Below, piece after piece: positions 56,183-64,000 of a DNA stretch of 64,000 nucleotides; the stretch's first letter is position 1, and each line of letters starts with the position of its first letter. The notes beneath the pieces are model-generated. The model searched no databases. It was not told the origin of the DNA and was given only the letters and a program-made list of their open reading frames with translations. A program made the translations under genes and the position numbers. The stretch covers positions 52,708 to 116,707 of the forward strand of contig JAYUVP010000098.1 of assembly GCA_043753995.1 (NCBI GenBank), read 5' to 3'. Source of the DNA: Fibrobacterota bacterium. GTDB lineage: Bacteria; Fibrobacterota; Fibrobacteria; UBA11236.

Positions 56183-56535
56183 TCGAGCGCCTTGGTCCTG
56201 ATGATGTAAAAGAGTCCTAGGCCCAAAAAGGCCAGGAAGAAAAGCACGGCGAAAAGGCTGCCGGGGCTGAGCAAGCTCTTGAAAGTGATGGCCCAGGGCA
56301 ACAGGAAAATGGTTTCAATGTCGAAAAGAATGAAAAGCAAGGCGAAGACATAAAACTTCAGCGCAAAGGGTCGATGCGGATCTTCCGCCTGGTCGACACC
56401 GCATTCATAAGGGTCGAATTTGGCCTTGCTGAATATCCTTTTCGGCCCAAAAATCGTCGAGGCGGCAATGGCGGCGACCCCGATGAAAACCACCAGGAGG
56501 CCGTGTAGGAGAAAGGGGAGGAATTCAGTGAGCAT
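56173..56535 (-). CDS. nuoA: NADH-quinone oxidoreductase subunit A
   Basis: [20 protein letters not shown], terminal LEWD. Confidence 0.96.
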   Translation of the reverse strand: MLTEFLPFLLHGLLVVFIGVAAIAASTIFGPKRIFSKAKFDPYECGVDQAEDPHRPFALKFYVFALLFILFDIETIFLLPWAITFKSLLSPGSLFAVLFFLAFLGLGLFYIIRTKALEWD

Positions 56536-56667
56536 AGTGGCCGTTCTCTGGCGGAAAACCCCGAATTTAGCAAAGCGGGGCCCTGTTTAACGGGGGAGAG
56601 ATGCCGAATTAACCGTTTTTAGGCGGAAGGGGGAGGGCTTCCCGGGCATTTTCCCCAAGCCATCTCC

Positions 56668-56738
56668 GCCCTCCCCCTCGGCCAAGCCGCCTGCGGCGTC
56701 TCCGCCTACCCCCACCGCCCCATGGGGCGCCTCCCCTG
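56668..56738. repeat. Intergenic repeat family A, copy 2
   Basis: gccctccccctcggccaagcc...gcctacccccaccgccccatggggcgcctcccctg. Confidence 0.85.
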
Positions 56739-56938
56739 CGGCAAAGATCCATAAGGCTTACAAATTCATTTCGAGCGAACACCGGTTGGGAATTATTCTG
56801 AAATCGGAGGAGGTACCCTATACGTTACCTGGTGACCGCCCAAGGCACCCAATGCAAGTCCCGACAGGCCACCGACCCATCCGATGGAAGTTTTTGGGTT
56901 TCCCATAAGCGCCAGGGTGTGGTTTTTTTGATTTACTT

Positions 56939-57586
56939 ATGACATCAGTTATCAAAGGCCCCCTTATGGTCACGCCCCCGAAATCCACCCCCAGGGATGC
57001 AGATAAAACCCGAGCCCGTTTCCTAAAGGCTGTCGAGAAAGTATTGCGCAAAGAGGGCTTGCAGGGCCTGGGAATCAATGCTGTGGCCCGGGCCGCCGGA
57101 AGAGACAAGGCCCTCTTGTACAAATATTTCGGTAGCCTGGACGGGCTCTATGTGGCCTATGCCCAAAGTTATCCCTTATTTCCCACCTTGGAGCAGGTGT
57201 TGGGTCCGGCTAAAGACAAGCTTGCTTCCTTGAGCAGCTTGGACATCGCGCGTATCGTAGCCTCCGGCTATATCCGCGAAATCCGACAAAGGCCATTCAC
57301 CTTGGAAATCATGCGTTGGGAATTAGTCGTGAGCAATTCCCTCACCAAGGCCCTGTCTGAGCTACGCAGCGCCGCCACCGAGGATTTCATTCGCTTATTG
57401 GGACAGCCCAAGGGCGTGGATATTCCCGCATTCATGTCCCTGCTTTATGGTGGGGTGGTCTATCTGCTGCTTAAAGCCGAGAGCGGAGTGGACTTCAGTG
57501 GCATGGACCTGCGCGGAGATGAGGCCTGGAAACGTCTAGAAAAAACCTTGCATAGAATTCTCGAGGCCACTTTGTCGCCTCCCTAG
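56939..57586 (+). CDS. TetR/AcrR family regulator
   Basis: RDADKTRARFL..GINAVARAAGRDKALLYKYFGS HTH. Confidence 0.92.
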   Translation: MTSVIKGPLMVTPPKSTPRDADKTRARFLKAVEKVLRKEGLQGLGINAVARAAGRDKALLYKYFGSLDGLYVAYAQSYPLFPTLEQVLGPAKDKLASLSSLDIARIVASGYIREIRQRPFTLEIMRWELVVSNSLTKALSELRSAATEDFIRLLGQPKGVDIPAFMSLLYGGVVYLLLKAESGVDFSGMDLRGDEAWKRLEKTLHRILEATLSPP

Positions 57587-57613
57587 CGTGCGGAGTAAGC
57601 CCGTAAAATTAAA

Positions 57614-57627
57614 TCACCAACCGGTGA
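57614..57627. promoter_or_regulatory. Palindromic operator candidate
   Basis: TCACC-AACC-GGTGA between the TetR gene and the next gene. Confidence 0.45.
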
Positions 57628-57692
57628 CATAAGTTCCCTGATGGGCGTCCAATTCCCGTAACTCTTTCCCGAGATGGGGGAGAAAGGGATTT

Positions 57693-58364
57693 ATGCGACT
57701 TCGGTTTCCTTTATGCTTGGGTATCCTCTTGGCTTGGGCTAGCGTGAATGCTTCGCCGCGAGGCTGGCATTTCGGCGAAACGAGTGTGGGGCTGGGCCAT
57801 TATTTTCTCAGTGCATTGGCACCGGACCAAGCGGCATTGGGCCGCAGCAACCCTTCGGGATTGGCGCTCTCGCAAACACTTTATTCGGGTCAAGGATGGC
57901 GAGCCGGGCTGCGAGGCGACTTCGCCTTTGAATCTGCGGAAGAGTCCTGCTTTTTCATCTGCATGGACTACAACATGATCGGACGCTCTTTCTGGAATAC
58001 GCGTTATGGTTGGGTCGGTTCGCGTTTGAGCCCGAATGGCTTTGGATTATGGGACGGATTCGGGCTGGAAGTGGGATATGCCCGTTTCCAATATCATTGG
58101 GGTATAGCCCATAAGGGTTGGGACAGCCCTTATCCCTCCGGCACATTCCTTTCCGGCACTTACGAGTCCCATCAGGCCACGATGGGTCTGGATTATGTCT
58201 ATGGCTTTCGCAAAGCGTGTTGGGGATTTACGGTCGAAGCGGGCTTGCGGCAAACCCTGGCGGCCAAGAATGAATTCACGCCTTTACTGGTATTGGACGA
58301 TTCGCAATTCCAATTTCCCGGGCGACCTTTGTCCGGGCATATTTCCCTGAGCCTGGAGCTTTGA
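57693..58364 (+). CDS. Hypothetical exported protein, possible small outer-membrane beta-barrel
   Basis: Signal peptide; alternating Gly/aromatic strands; ends HISLSLEL. Confidence 0.6.
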   Translation: MRLRFPLCLGILLAWASVNASPRGWHFGETSVGLGHYFLSALAPDQAALGRSNPSGLALSQTLYSGQGWRAGLRGDFAFESAEESCFFICMDYNMIGRSFWNTRYGWVGSRLSPNGFGLWDGFGLEVGYARFQYHWGIAHKGWDSPYPSGTFLSGTYESHQATMGLDYVYGFRKACWGFTVEAGLRQTLAAKNEFTPLLVLDDSQFQFPGRPLSGHISLSLEL

Positions 58365-58365
58365 G

Positions 58366-59019
58366 ATGAACTCACGAATTTTCCTCGGCATTCTGATTCC
58401 ATTTGCCCTATGCGCCTGTGTGACGAATGAAATTATCAAGACGGAAAACCTCTGCACTAATCCCTTGCGACAGGTGGGAACTCGCCGATCCGTCAGTTTG
58501 GAAAGCCCAATGACCGGTCAACTTTCGCTATTCAGGCATTTCACCTCTACAGGGGACTCTCTGGTTTTTACCGAGGATACCTTGTTCGTCCAAGTGGGCG
58601 CCCTGTATGAAGATGGTTTCGAGATCATCGAGCACGAATGCCCCGAAAACTTTCTCGCCCCGGACCCGCCACTGCCAAATAATCACTTGATACAAAGACA
58701 GGGCGCCTTTCTCCGTACTTCGGGGTTTAGCGTCTTACTCCCCTATGACTACGAGTGGACATTGCCGCTTTATCCCACCGGGGCTTTTCTTGAATTTCAT
58801 GGAGTTCGGCCTCCACCCGTTGTGATCGGCAAAACAGACGGAAAAATTTTGAATTTCTCCCTCGGGAAACTCCGATATGACACCGTGGCGGTTCGCTTGG
58901 ACGCCGCCACAGATCAGCAATTGCATTACTGGGTGTATACAGCGAAAGACGGCCCGCTATTGGCGGCGCAAGCCGATGCCTCCGGGCATATCACGGGTTG
59001 GGTGCGGGCGGAACCATAG
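58366..59019 (+). CDS. Hypothetical lipoprotein
   Basis: Lipobox LCAC; starts 1 nt after the upstream stop. Confidence 0.65.
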   Translation: MNSRIFLGILIPFALCACVTNEIIKTENLCTNPLRQVGTRRSVSLESPMTGQLSLFRHFTSTGDSLVFTEDTLFVQVGALYEDGFEIIEHECPENFLAPDPPLPNNHLIQRQGAFLRTSGFSVLLPYDYEWTLPLYPTGAFLEFHGVRPPPVVIGKTDGKILNFSLGKLRYDTVAVRLDAATDQQLHYWVYTAKDGPLLAAQADASGHITGWVRAEP

Positions 59020-59274
59020 GTCTTTGCGATTTGATGAGCGATTTGAGCAATCAGTTTTTAATCCTAAAGGGGAGTCGTCTGGTTGCGGCTCAAGATCATT
59101 TCCATTCAGATTTCGCCATCCTGTAAAAGTCCAAGGGCAAAAGCCTGCCTTGTTGCCTCGCGGGAGCCGTAGAGATTTTGAACACCTCGATCCTCCAGTA
59201 AGTCCTTCAGGGTTTTCCATGCGAGTCCATGGGTGTAGGAAGCGTTGCCGCCAGCGTATATCGGTTTGACCCAA
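59015..59274 (-). pseudogene. Remnant of HI0074-family nucleotidyltransferase substrate-binding (HEPN-like) gene
   Basis: DIRWRQRF jumps to YTHGLAWKTLKDLLE..GSREATRQAF..GEI*MEMILSRNQT, with in-frame stops. Confidence 0.8.
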
Positions 59275-59461
59275 ATGAATACCACTAGCATTACGCGGCC
59301 TGAGAGCCATCCTAATATTCAGTGTAAGATTGAGGTCGAATTGGGCGTGTTAAAGTCGGAGACGTGCTCTGAAATCTCCGTGCATCATTCGGGTTGGGGC
59401 ATTATTATCCTGAATAAGCGCGTCTTCGTCTTTTAAAACCCGAGAGAATTGTGGGGAGCCT

Positions 59462-60544
59462 ATCTCAAATTCTATTTGCAACCCAAGCAAAAAAATTTTC
59501 GCGGCAGCCCTCGGTTTGGTTTTCGCAACGGCTTCAGCTTACGCACAAACAGAAGACCTTTCCCAGCCCATCAAGCGAGTACTGATGTACAACAAGTGCG
59601 GCGGATGGGTGCATACCGACGGCCTCCGCGACGTGTATGCAGCGTTGAAAAGCTTGGCAGCAAGCAAAGGGTTCCTGCTCGATTCGCTGAAAACCGAAAC
59701 GGGTTTGACTTTGGAAAACTTGAAGCGTTATCAAGTCATTGTTTGGAATAACAATGTGGGTGGTTCTCAATCGGTAAATAGCGAGGACGCCCGGAAGGCC
59801 GTCATGGATTATGTCCACCAAGGCGGCGGTTGGCTACTCGTTCATGGAGCCGGTGACCACGGCGATACCTGGAAGGAGTTGAGCGATGTGATGGGCACCA
59901 AGGTCCAATACAACGGCAATCGAGGGAGTGCCACTCTCTTTGCCGAGCCCGCGGCCATGGAGGATTATGCAACGAAAGCCTTATTTGCGGGTCTCCCCGA
60001 TTCTATTCGTTTGTTTGGTGAATGGCATAACTATGTGAATACGGTGCGCGGTTTGCCCAATATCACGGTTTTGTACAGCGCGCGAAATGGGGACCCGGGA
60101 GTTTTGAAGCCTTTGTCTGACAATAGCAATGACTTCCCCTATGTGTGGTCGCATGATGTCGGATTAGGACGGGTGATTTACAACGGCGTCGGTCATGGAG
60201 GCAGTAATCAGGTGAGTCAAAACGACAGCGTGGTACCTAAGCTGTATTGGAATTGCATGCGCTATGTCGCCAAAGCCGATATGATTTCGGGAACCATCGA
60301 TTCCAAACGGTCCCAGAGCCTTTTCGTGATGAACAATGGAAATCGATCCCTGCGCGTCGATTTTTCGCATCCAGGGGATTTCCAGGTCACTCTTCGCAAT
60401 ATCCGAGGGGCCGTGGTTTGGAAAGAGTCGTTTCACTCCACGTCAGGCGAAATCACCCTAAGCCCATCGGTTAGCCCCGGGATTTACCAGCTCGAATCGC
60501 GAAGCAGAAAATATTCCTCGAGGATGAAAATCGCCATCCCTTAA
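59462..60544 (+). CDS. Secreted ThuA-like domain protein (third paralog); start codon atypical or uncertain
   Basis: Same motifs as the 34.6-37.0 kb pair. The signal peptide extends upstream of TTG 59516 to an ATC at 59462 behind GGGGAG. Confidence 0.8.
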   Translation: MSNSICNPSKKIFAAALGLVFATASAYAQTEDLSQPIKRVLMYNKCGGWVHTDGLRDVYAALKSLAASKGFLLDSLKTETGLTLENLKRYQVIVWNNNVGGSQSVNSEDARKAVMDYVHQGGGWLLVHGAGDHGDTWKELSDVMGTKVQYNGNRGSATLFAEPAAMEDYATKALFAGLPDSIRLFGEWHNYVNTVRGLPNITVLYSARNGDPGVLKPLSDNSNDFPYVWSHDVGLGRVIYNGVGHGGSNQVSQNDSVVPKLYWNCMRYVAKADMISGTIDSKRSQSLFVMNNGNRSLRVDFSHPGDFQVTLRNIRGAVVWKESFHSTSGEITLSPSVSPGIYQLESRSRKYSSRMKIAIP

Positions 60545-60549
60545 TCCAT

Positions 60550-60714
60550 TAGAAGCCATCTCAAAAATCCTTCTGGAGCCGCCCGACTGCAAGCTTCGCG
60601 CTACTTTGTCGTCCTCCATCGCGATATTTCTGCCAATATCGCTGCTTTGGGCTTCGCATAGAGCTCGCTTTCGCTCGGGCTTTGTCCGACGAATCCTATT
60701 TGAGATGGCTTCTA
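60550..60714. mobile_element. 165-bp MITE with 16-bp perfect terminal inverted repeats
   Basis: tagaagccatctcaaa ... tttgagatggcttcta; internal hairpin gcgatatt/aatatcgc; no transposase. Confidence 0.8.
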
Positions 60715-60753
60715 GTGAACCGCCGTATGTTACCTCCCGTTTTCCTTGCCCGC

Positions 60754-60892
60754 CAGGGAAGGCGCCCCTTCGGGGCCGGTGGGGGCAGGTCGAGCCCCCG
60801 CAGGCGCGAAAGCTGTTCCAGGGAAATGCTTACGGTGCGAAACTTCGGCGGGGGCGTGCACATTCGCACCGAGGAGGCTCGGCCGAGGGGGC
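60754..60892. repeat. Intergenic repeat family A, copy 3 (inverted, with internal hairpin insertion)
   Basis: The reverse complement matches both conserved halves. The insert has a cggtgcgaa/ttcgcaccg stem. Confidence 0.8.
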
Positions 60893-60949
60893 GAACCCGC
60901 CCCCGCAATAAAAGCGCTATTTTGACCCCCTTCTTTCTCCGAGGGTGAC

Positions 60950-61846
60950 ATGCAAATCCAAATGACCGAATTTGACGGCTTCGAAGCCGTCGATATTTTA
61001 ACCGCCAAAGCCCACATGATAGTGGTGACCGGCATGGGCCCGCGCATCGCCTATTTCGCCGCCCGCAAGGGAAAAAAGGACGGACGCAATTTATTGTTCT
61101 GGGACTACGATCGCAAATATCAGCGCAAGGAATGGCAACTCATGGGCGGCCATCGCGTCTGGAATACCCGTCCCGGAGCCGACGAAGCCGAAGAAACCTA
61201 TGCCGCCGACAATGCGCCCTGCAATGTGAAAATCGGCAAGCGTAGCGTGCAAGTGACGGCCTCCGCCTTGCCGGGGACTCTGGTTCAGAAATCGCTCACC
61301 ATCACGGTCGAGAATGACGATACCTTCACCGTCGACAATCGCCTCACCAATATCGGCGAAATGCTTTGGTCAGGTGGCCTTTGGGCTCTCACCTGCACCT
61401 TGCCCGGCAAGCGCAGCACCTATGGCATTCCCCTGGGTGCTGGCGGCGATTGGGATGTGTTCACTGTCGTCATTCCCAAGGCTTGGGGCGGACATACCGT
61501 GAAAGTCAATGATCCGCAAATCAGTTTTACTGAAGATGCTCTGGTTTTGAAGCCGCGCGGCAATAAGGCCAAGCGCATGCTGCAAGCGCCGCAAGGCGTG
61601 GTGGGCATGACCGATCTCGACGAAAAGGTGTCTTTCCTGGTGAAAACGCCCTGGGTGCGCGGCGGAATTTATCCGCTCAATACCAACGTCGCGTTTTTCG
61701 TGGGACCTAAGAATTTCATGGTTGAGATGGAGCACATGGCTCCCGAAAGCACCCTCAAACCCGGCGAATCGATACAAAACAAACAAACGTGGGCCTTACG
61801 CGCACCGATTGATTGGGAAAAGCTGAAGGGCTTGGTCAAGATTTAA
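60950..61846 (+). CDS. Conserved hypothetical protein, DUF4380/galactose-mutarotase-like fold
   Basis: GPRI..NLLF..GGHRVW..P, WALT, VEMEH..P..L.PGE pattern. Confidence 0.7.
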   Translation: MQIQMTEFDGFEAVDILTAKAHMIVVTGMGPRIAYFAARKGKKDGRNLLFWDYDRKYQRKEWQLMGGHRVWNTRPGADEAEETYAADNAPCNVKIGKRSVQVTASALPGTLVQKSLTITVENDDTFTVDNRLTNIGEMLWSGGLWALTCTLPGKRSTYGIPLGAGGDWDVFTVVIPKAWGGHTVKVNDPQISFTEDALVLKPRGNKAKRMLQAPQGVVGMTDLDEKVSFLVKTPWVRGGIYPLNTNVAFFVGPKNFMVEMEHMAPESTLKPGESIQNKQTWALRAPIDWEKLKGLVKI

Positions 61847-61900
61847 GGATGCTGATTTGATAGGGGAAAGGGCGGTCTAGGCATTTCACGAATGCAATTC

Positions 61901-61924
61901 GCCTTCCCCCTCGGCCGAGCCTCC
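61901..61924. repeat. Intergenic repeat family A, half copy
   Basis: gccttccccctcggccgagcctcc. Confidence 0.7.
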
Positions 61925-61950
61925 GCGTGGCAGAGTCTCAGAAGATATGC

Positions 61951-62601
61951 TTATTCCGTCAAATGAAATAAGACACAGGCCATGATGCGGATATCTCGAT
62001 TGTACCACTCAACATCGTCCCGGGTGCCAGCATCATTCGTGTTTAACATCCCATAAGAATAACGGACATCGAGATTTAAGTAAACATACTGTTGCAATTG
62101 ATAAGATCCGCCCGCTCCAATGTCGCCGGATAAATTAAAGGTCGCTATGCTATCCGCTTTTTCGGTTTGGCCTTCGGATTCTTGCTCGCCATTGAGGAAA
62201 AAACCAAGGCTTGGTCCCGCGAATATATAGGCATGGGTCTTCATGGCTCCAAATTTCGCTTTTGCTAAAATAGGGATTTCAAAATAATTCAAGCGCGTTT
62301 CGGTTGTAATGGATTGGCCGAAAACCGTGACTTTTTCCACATCCCCCCTTTGTAGGTAGGTGGGTTCTAGTAACAAACTAAAAGGGCTGGTGACTCCAAG
62401 TTCGGCGCGTGCGCCCAAAGCGAGACCACTGCGAATTTCGGTTTTAACAGTGAAACCTGCGGGAACTTCCATGCTGCCATTCCCTAAATTCATACCGGCA
62501 ATGGGTCCCACGCCAAATGAAATCGCCGAGGCCAATCCGGAAAAAAGGGACAAACCCATAGCTAAAGCGGAACGATAAGCAAATACACTAGAGAAACGCA
62601 T
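61951..62601 (-). CDS. PorT-like / OMP_b-brl_2 outer-membrane beta-barrel protein
   Basis: Signal peptide; FGVGPIAGMN, EPTYLQRG, LNYFEIPILAK, FAGPSLG, LDVRYSYG. Confidence 0.85.
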   Translation of the reverse strand: MRFSSVFAYRSALAMGLSLFSGLASAISFGVGPIAGMNLGNGSMEVPAGFTVKTEIRSGLALGARAELGVTSPFSLLLEPTYLQRGDVEKVTVFGQSITTETRLNYFEIPILAKAKFGAMKTHAYIFAGPSLGFFLNGEQESEGQTEKADSIATFNLSGDIGAGGSYQLQQYVYLNLDVRYSYGMLNTNDAGTRDDVEWYNRDIRIMACVLFHLTE

Positions 62602-62924
62602 TCGAACTCCTTATAAAATTTCCGAAGTAAAAGCAGTCATCCGATTGGATACACGTGCGCGCGGGCTTCGGGATACAACGAAAAATAACATGATATTGTG
62701 AATCTCAGTGGGAATCGAGAAAAGAAAAACACGTAGTCAGCCGCCATAGCCTTCCATAACACAAATGGAAATTGATTTAACTCGATACCATTTTATACGC
62801 TTTACTAAAGCCAACCCTGGAACTCTTTATTGCTTTATGAGGCAACATCATTCCAACTACAATCGTAGATACCTGCGGAAAACTGGGCGGGAATCTCGTA
62901 CTATACACCACGCCCATCAGCTAC

Positions 62925-63311
62925 GTGGGCCTTTCCGCCAAAGGGTTTGATCGATGGGTCAAAGAGTATTCCCTCCAACTGCGTTCCCTTACCCAAGGTG
63001 AGAGCGGCTTTGATACGGTTTTTAATACCCTCCTGACGTGGATCGACCAAACCAATGAATGGGTGATGGATGATAATGCCCTGCCGCCGGTCTGTAAGGC
63101 TGAAAAGAATACCCTATCCCTTCGATCCTACAACAACCTGCTGGCAGAATTTTCCTATAAGAATGAACATCTGGCTTTGTCACCCGACTTTCGCAAACGC
63201 CTACTTGTCGGTCTCGCCAAGGGTGATTCGACAATAGCCTTCACCGAACTCCAGAACTTGCTTTCTGGCACAGGTGTAGAAGACTCCCTAATTCTCGATA
63301 AACCTATTTAA
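62925..63311 (+). CDS. Hypothetical protein or gene fragment
   Basis: 128-aa ORF with protein-like composition. The frame is open from 62841 without a good start or RBS. Confidence 0.3.
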   Translation: MGLSAKGFDRWVKEYSLQLRSLTQGESGFDTVFNTLLTWIDQTNEWVMDDNALPPVCKAEKNTLSLRSYNNLLAEFSYKNEHLALSPDFRKRLLVGLAKGDSTIAFTELQNLLSGTGVEDSLILDKPI

Positions 63312-63517
63312 GATGGCCTGGACGATTTTCGATGGCTCAATCCAATACTCAACTCGAAGTGTCCCCTTCATACTGAAACGCGATTACCCCGTTGTCATGT
63401 CCCCGAATCAAAAATGGATAGCCTATGCCCTTGAAGCGAGGAATGGAAAGTCTATAGAATTGTGGGTCGCACAACTTCAATACAAGCAATGAAGCATTTC
63501 GATCTGGGAGTTTAAAT

Positions 63518-64000
63518 ATGAAGCGCATCTCGGCAAAAATGGGCATGGTTTTGGCAGTCGTCCTTATGGGTGCTTTTTCTGCCTGCAATAATGATTCGCC
63601 CACGAGTGGCAATGGCACCCCGAACCTTGGCTCACTGGGAGAACCCCTGAATGTTTCCAACCCCGAAGTTCGCCTTGCACCGAGCGGCCTGGAATGGACT
63701 CGAAGAGAATCGGGCACCTTAAGCGGTTTGATTTCGGTGACTAGCGGCAATGGCAAGATTGTGGTCGTGGGCAATAATGGAGTCATACTCACCTCAACCG
63801 ACGGTGTCAGTTGGACTCTGCATCAAGCGGGAGCCAATGTCGCCATGAACCATGTTATCTGGACCGGCGAGCAATTCATTGCCGTCGGCGATTCTGGGAC
63901 AATTGTGACATCCCGTGACGGTGAACAATGGATTCTGCGCAGCCAGTCTAAGGACTATCACCTCGAATCCATTGCGTGGAATGGAAAAACCTTGGTGGCG
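63518..64000 (+). CDS. Lipoprotein with BNR/YVTN-like repeats, 3'-truncated; absent from the ORF track
   Basis: GGAG RBS; MKRISAKMGMVLAVVLMGAFSAC; VVVGNNGVILTSTDGVSW, IAVGDSGTIVTSRDGEQW. Confidence 0.85.
   Translation, partial: MKRISAKMGMVLAVVLMGAFSACNNDSPTSGNGTPNLGSLGEPLNVSNPEVRLAPSGLEWTRRESGTLSGLISVTSGNGKIVVVGNNGVILTSTDGVSWTLHQAGANVAMNHVIWTGEQFIAVGDSGTIVTSRDGEQWILRSQSKDYHLESIAWNGKTLVA

Overview
Bacterial chromosomal window, moderately GC-rich and gene-dense. I saw no rRNA, tRNA, CRISPR array or intact transposase. The many secreted proteins with T9SS-like or basic '...LGR' C-terminal tails, giant Ig/PKD/cadherin-like lipoproteins and ThuA and GSDH proteins suggest an FCB-group organism, most likely Fibrobacterota (inference). 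Recognisable blocks are Rrf2-cysK, TSUP plus oscA/yezD-like-porin-sbp-cysTWA, a GH13 amylase, a beta-carbonic anhydrase, a lipocalin, hpt and nuoABCD. Most interesting: (1) an Amt with a long cytoplasmic helical tail, co-transcribed with a sensor-less, tail-anchored Ser/Thr kinase; (2) a secreted ExeM-type nuclease fused to a PhoX-like domain, followed by a stand-alone copy of that domain; (3) a two-gene module (small helical protein with a C-terminal Gly/Ala helix, then a giant surface lipoprotein) present twice; (4) an orphan DUF4157 protein carrying a phospholipase-C-like domain; (5) three pseudogenes collapsed by internal deletions, one apparently a serine acetyltransferase/cysteine desulfurase (Family 2A encapsulin-type) operon; (6) dispersed intergenic elements: a 165-bp MITE, two GC-rich repeat families and a GTTAC-N12-GTAAC motif. 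All calls come from motif recognition by eye; no database searches were run.
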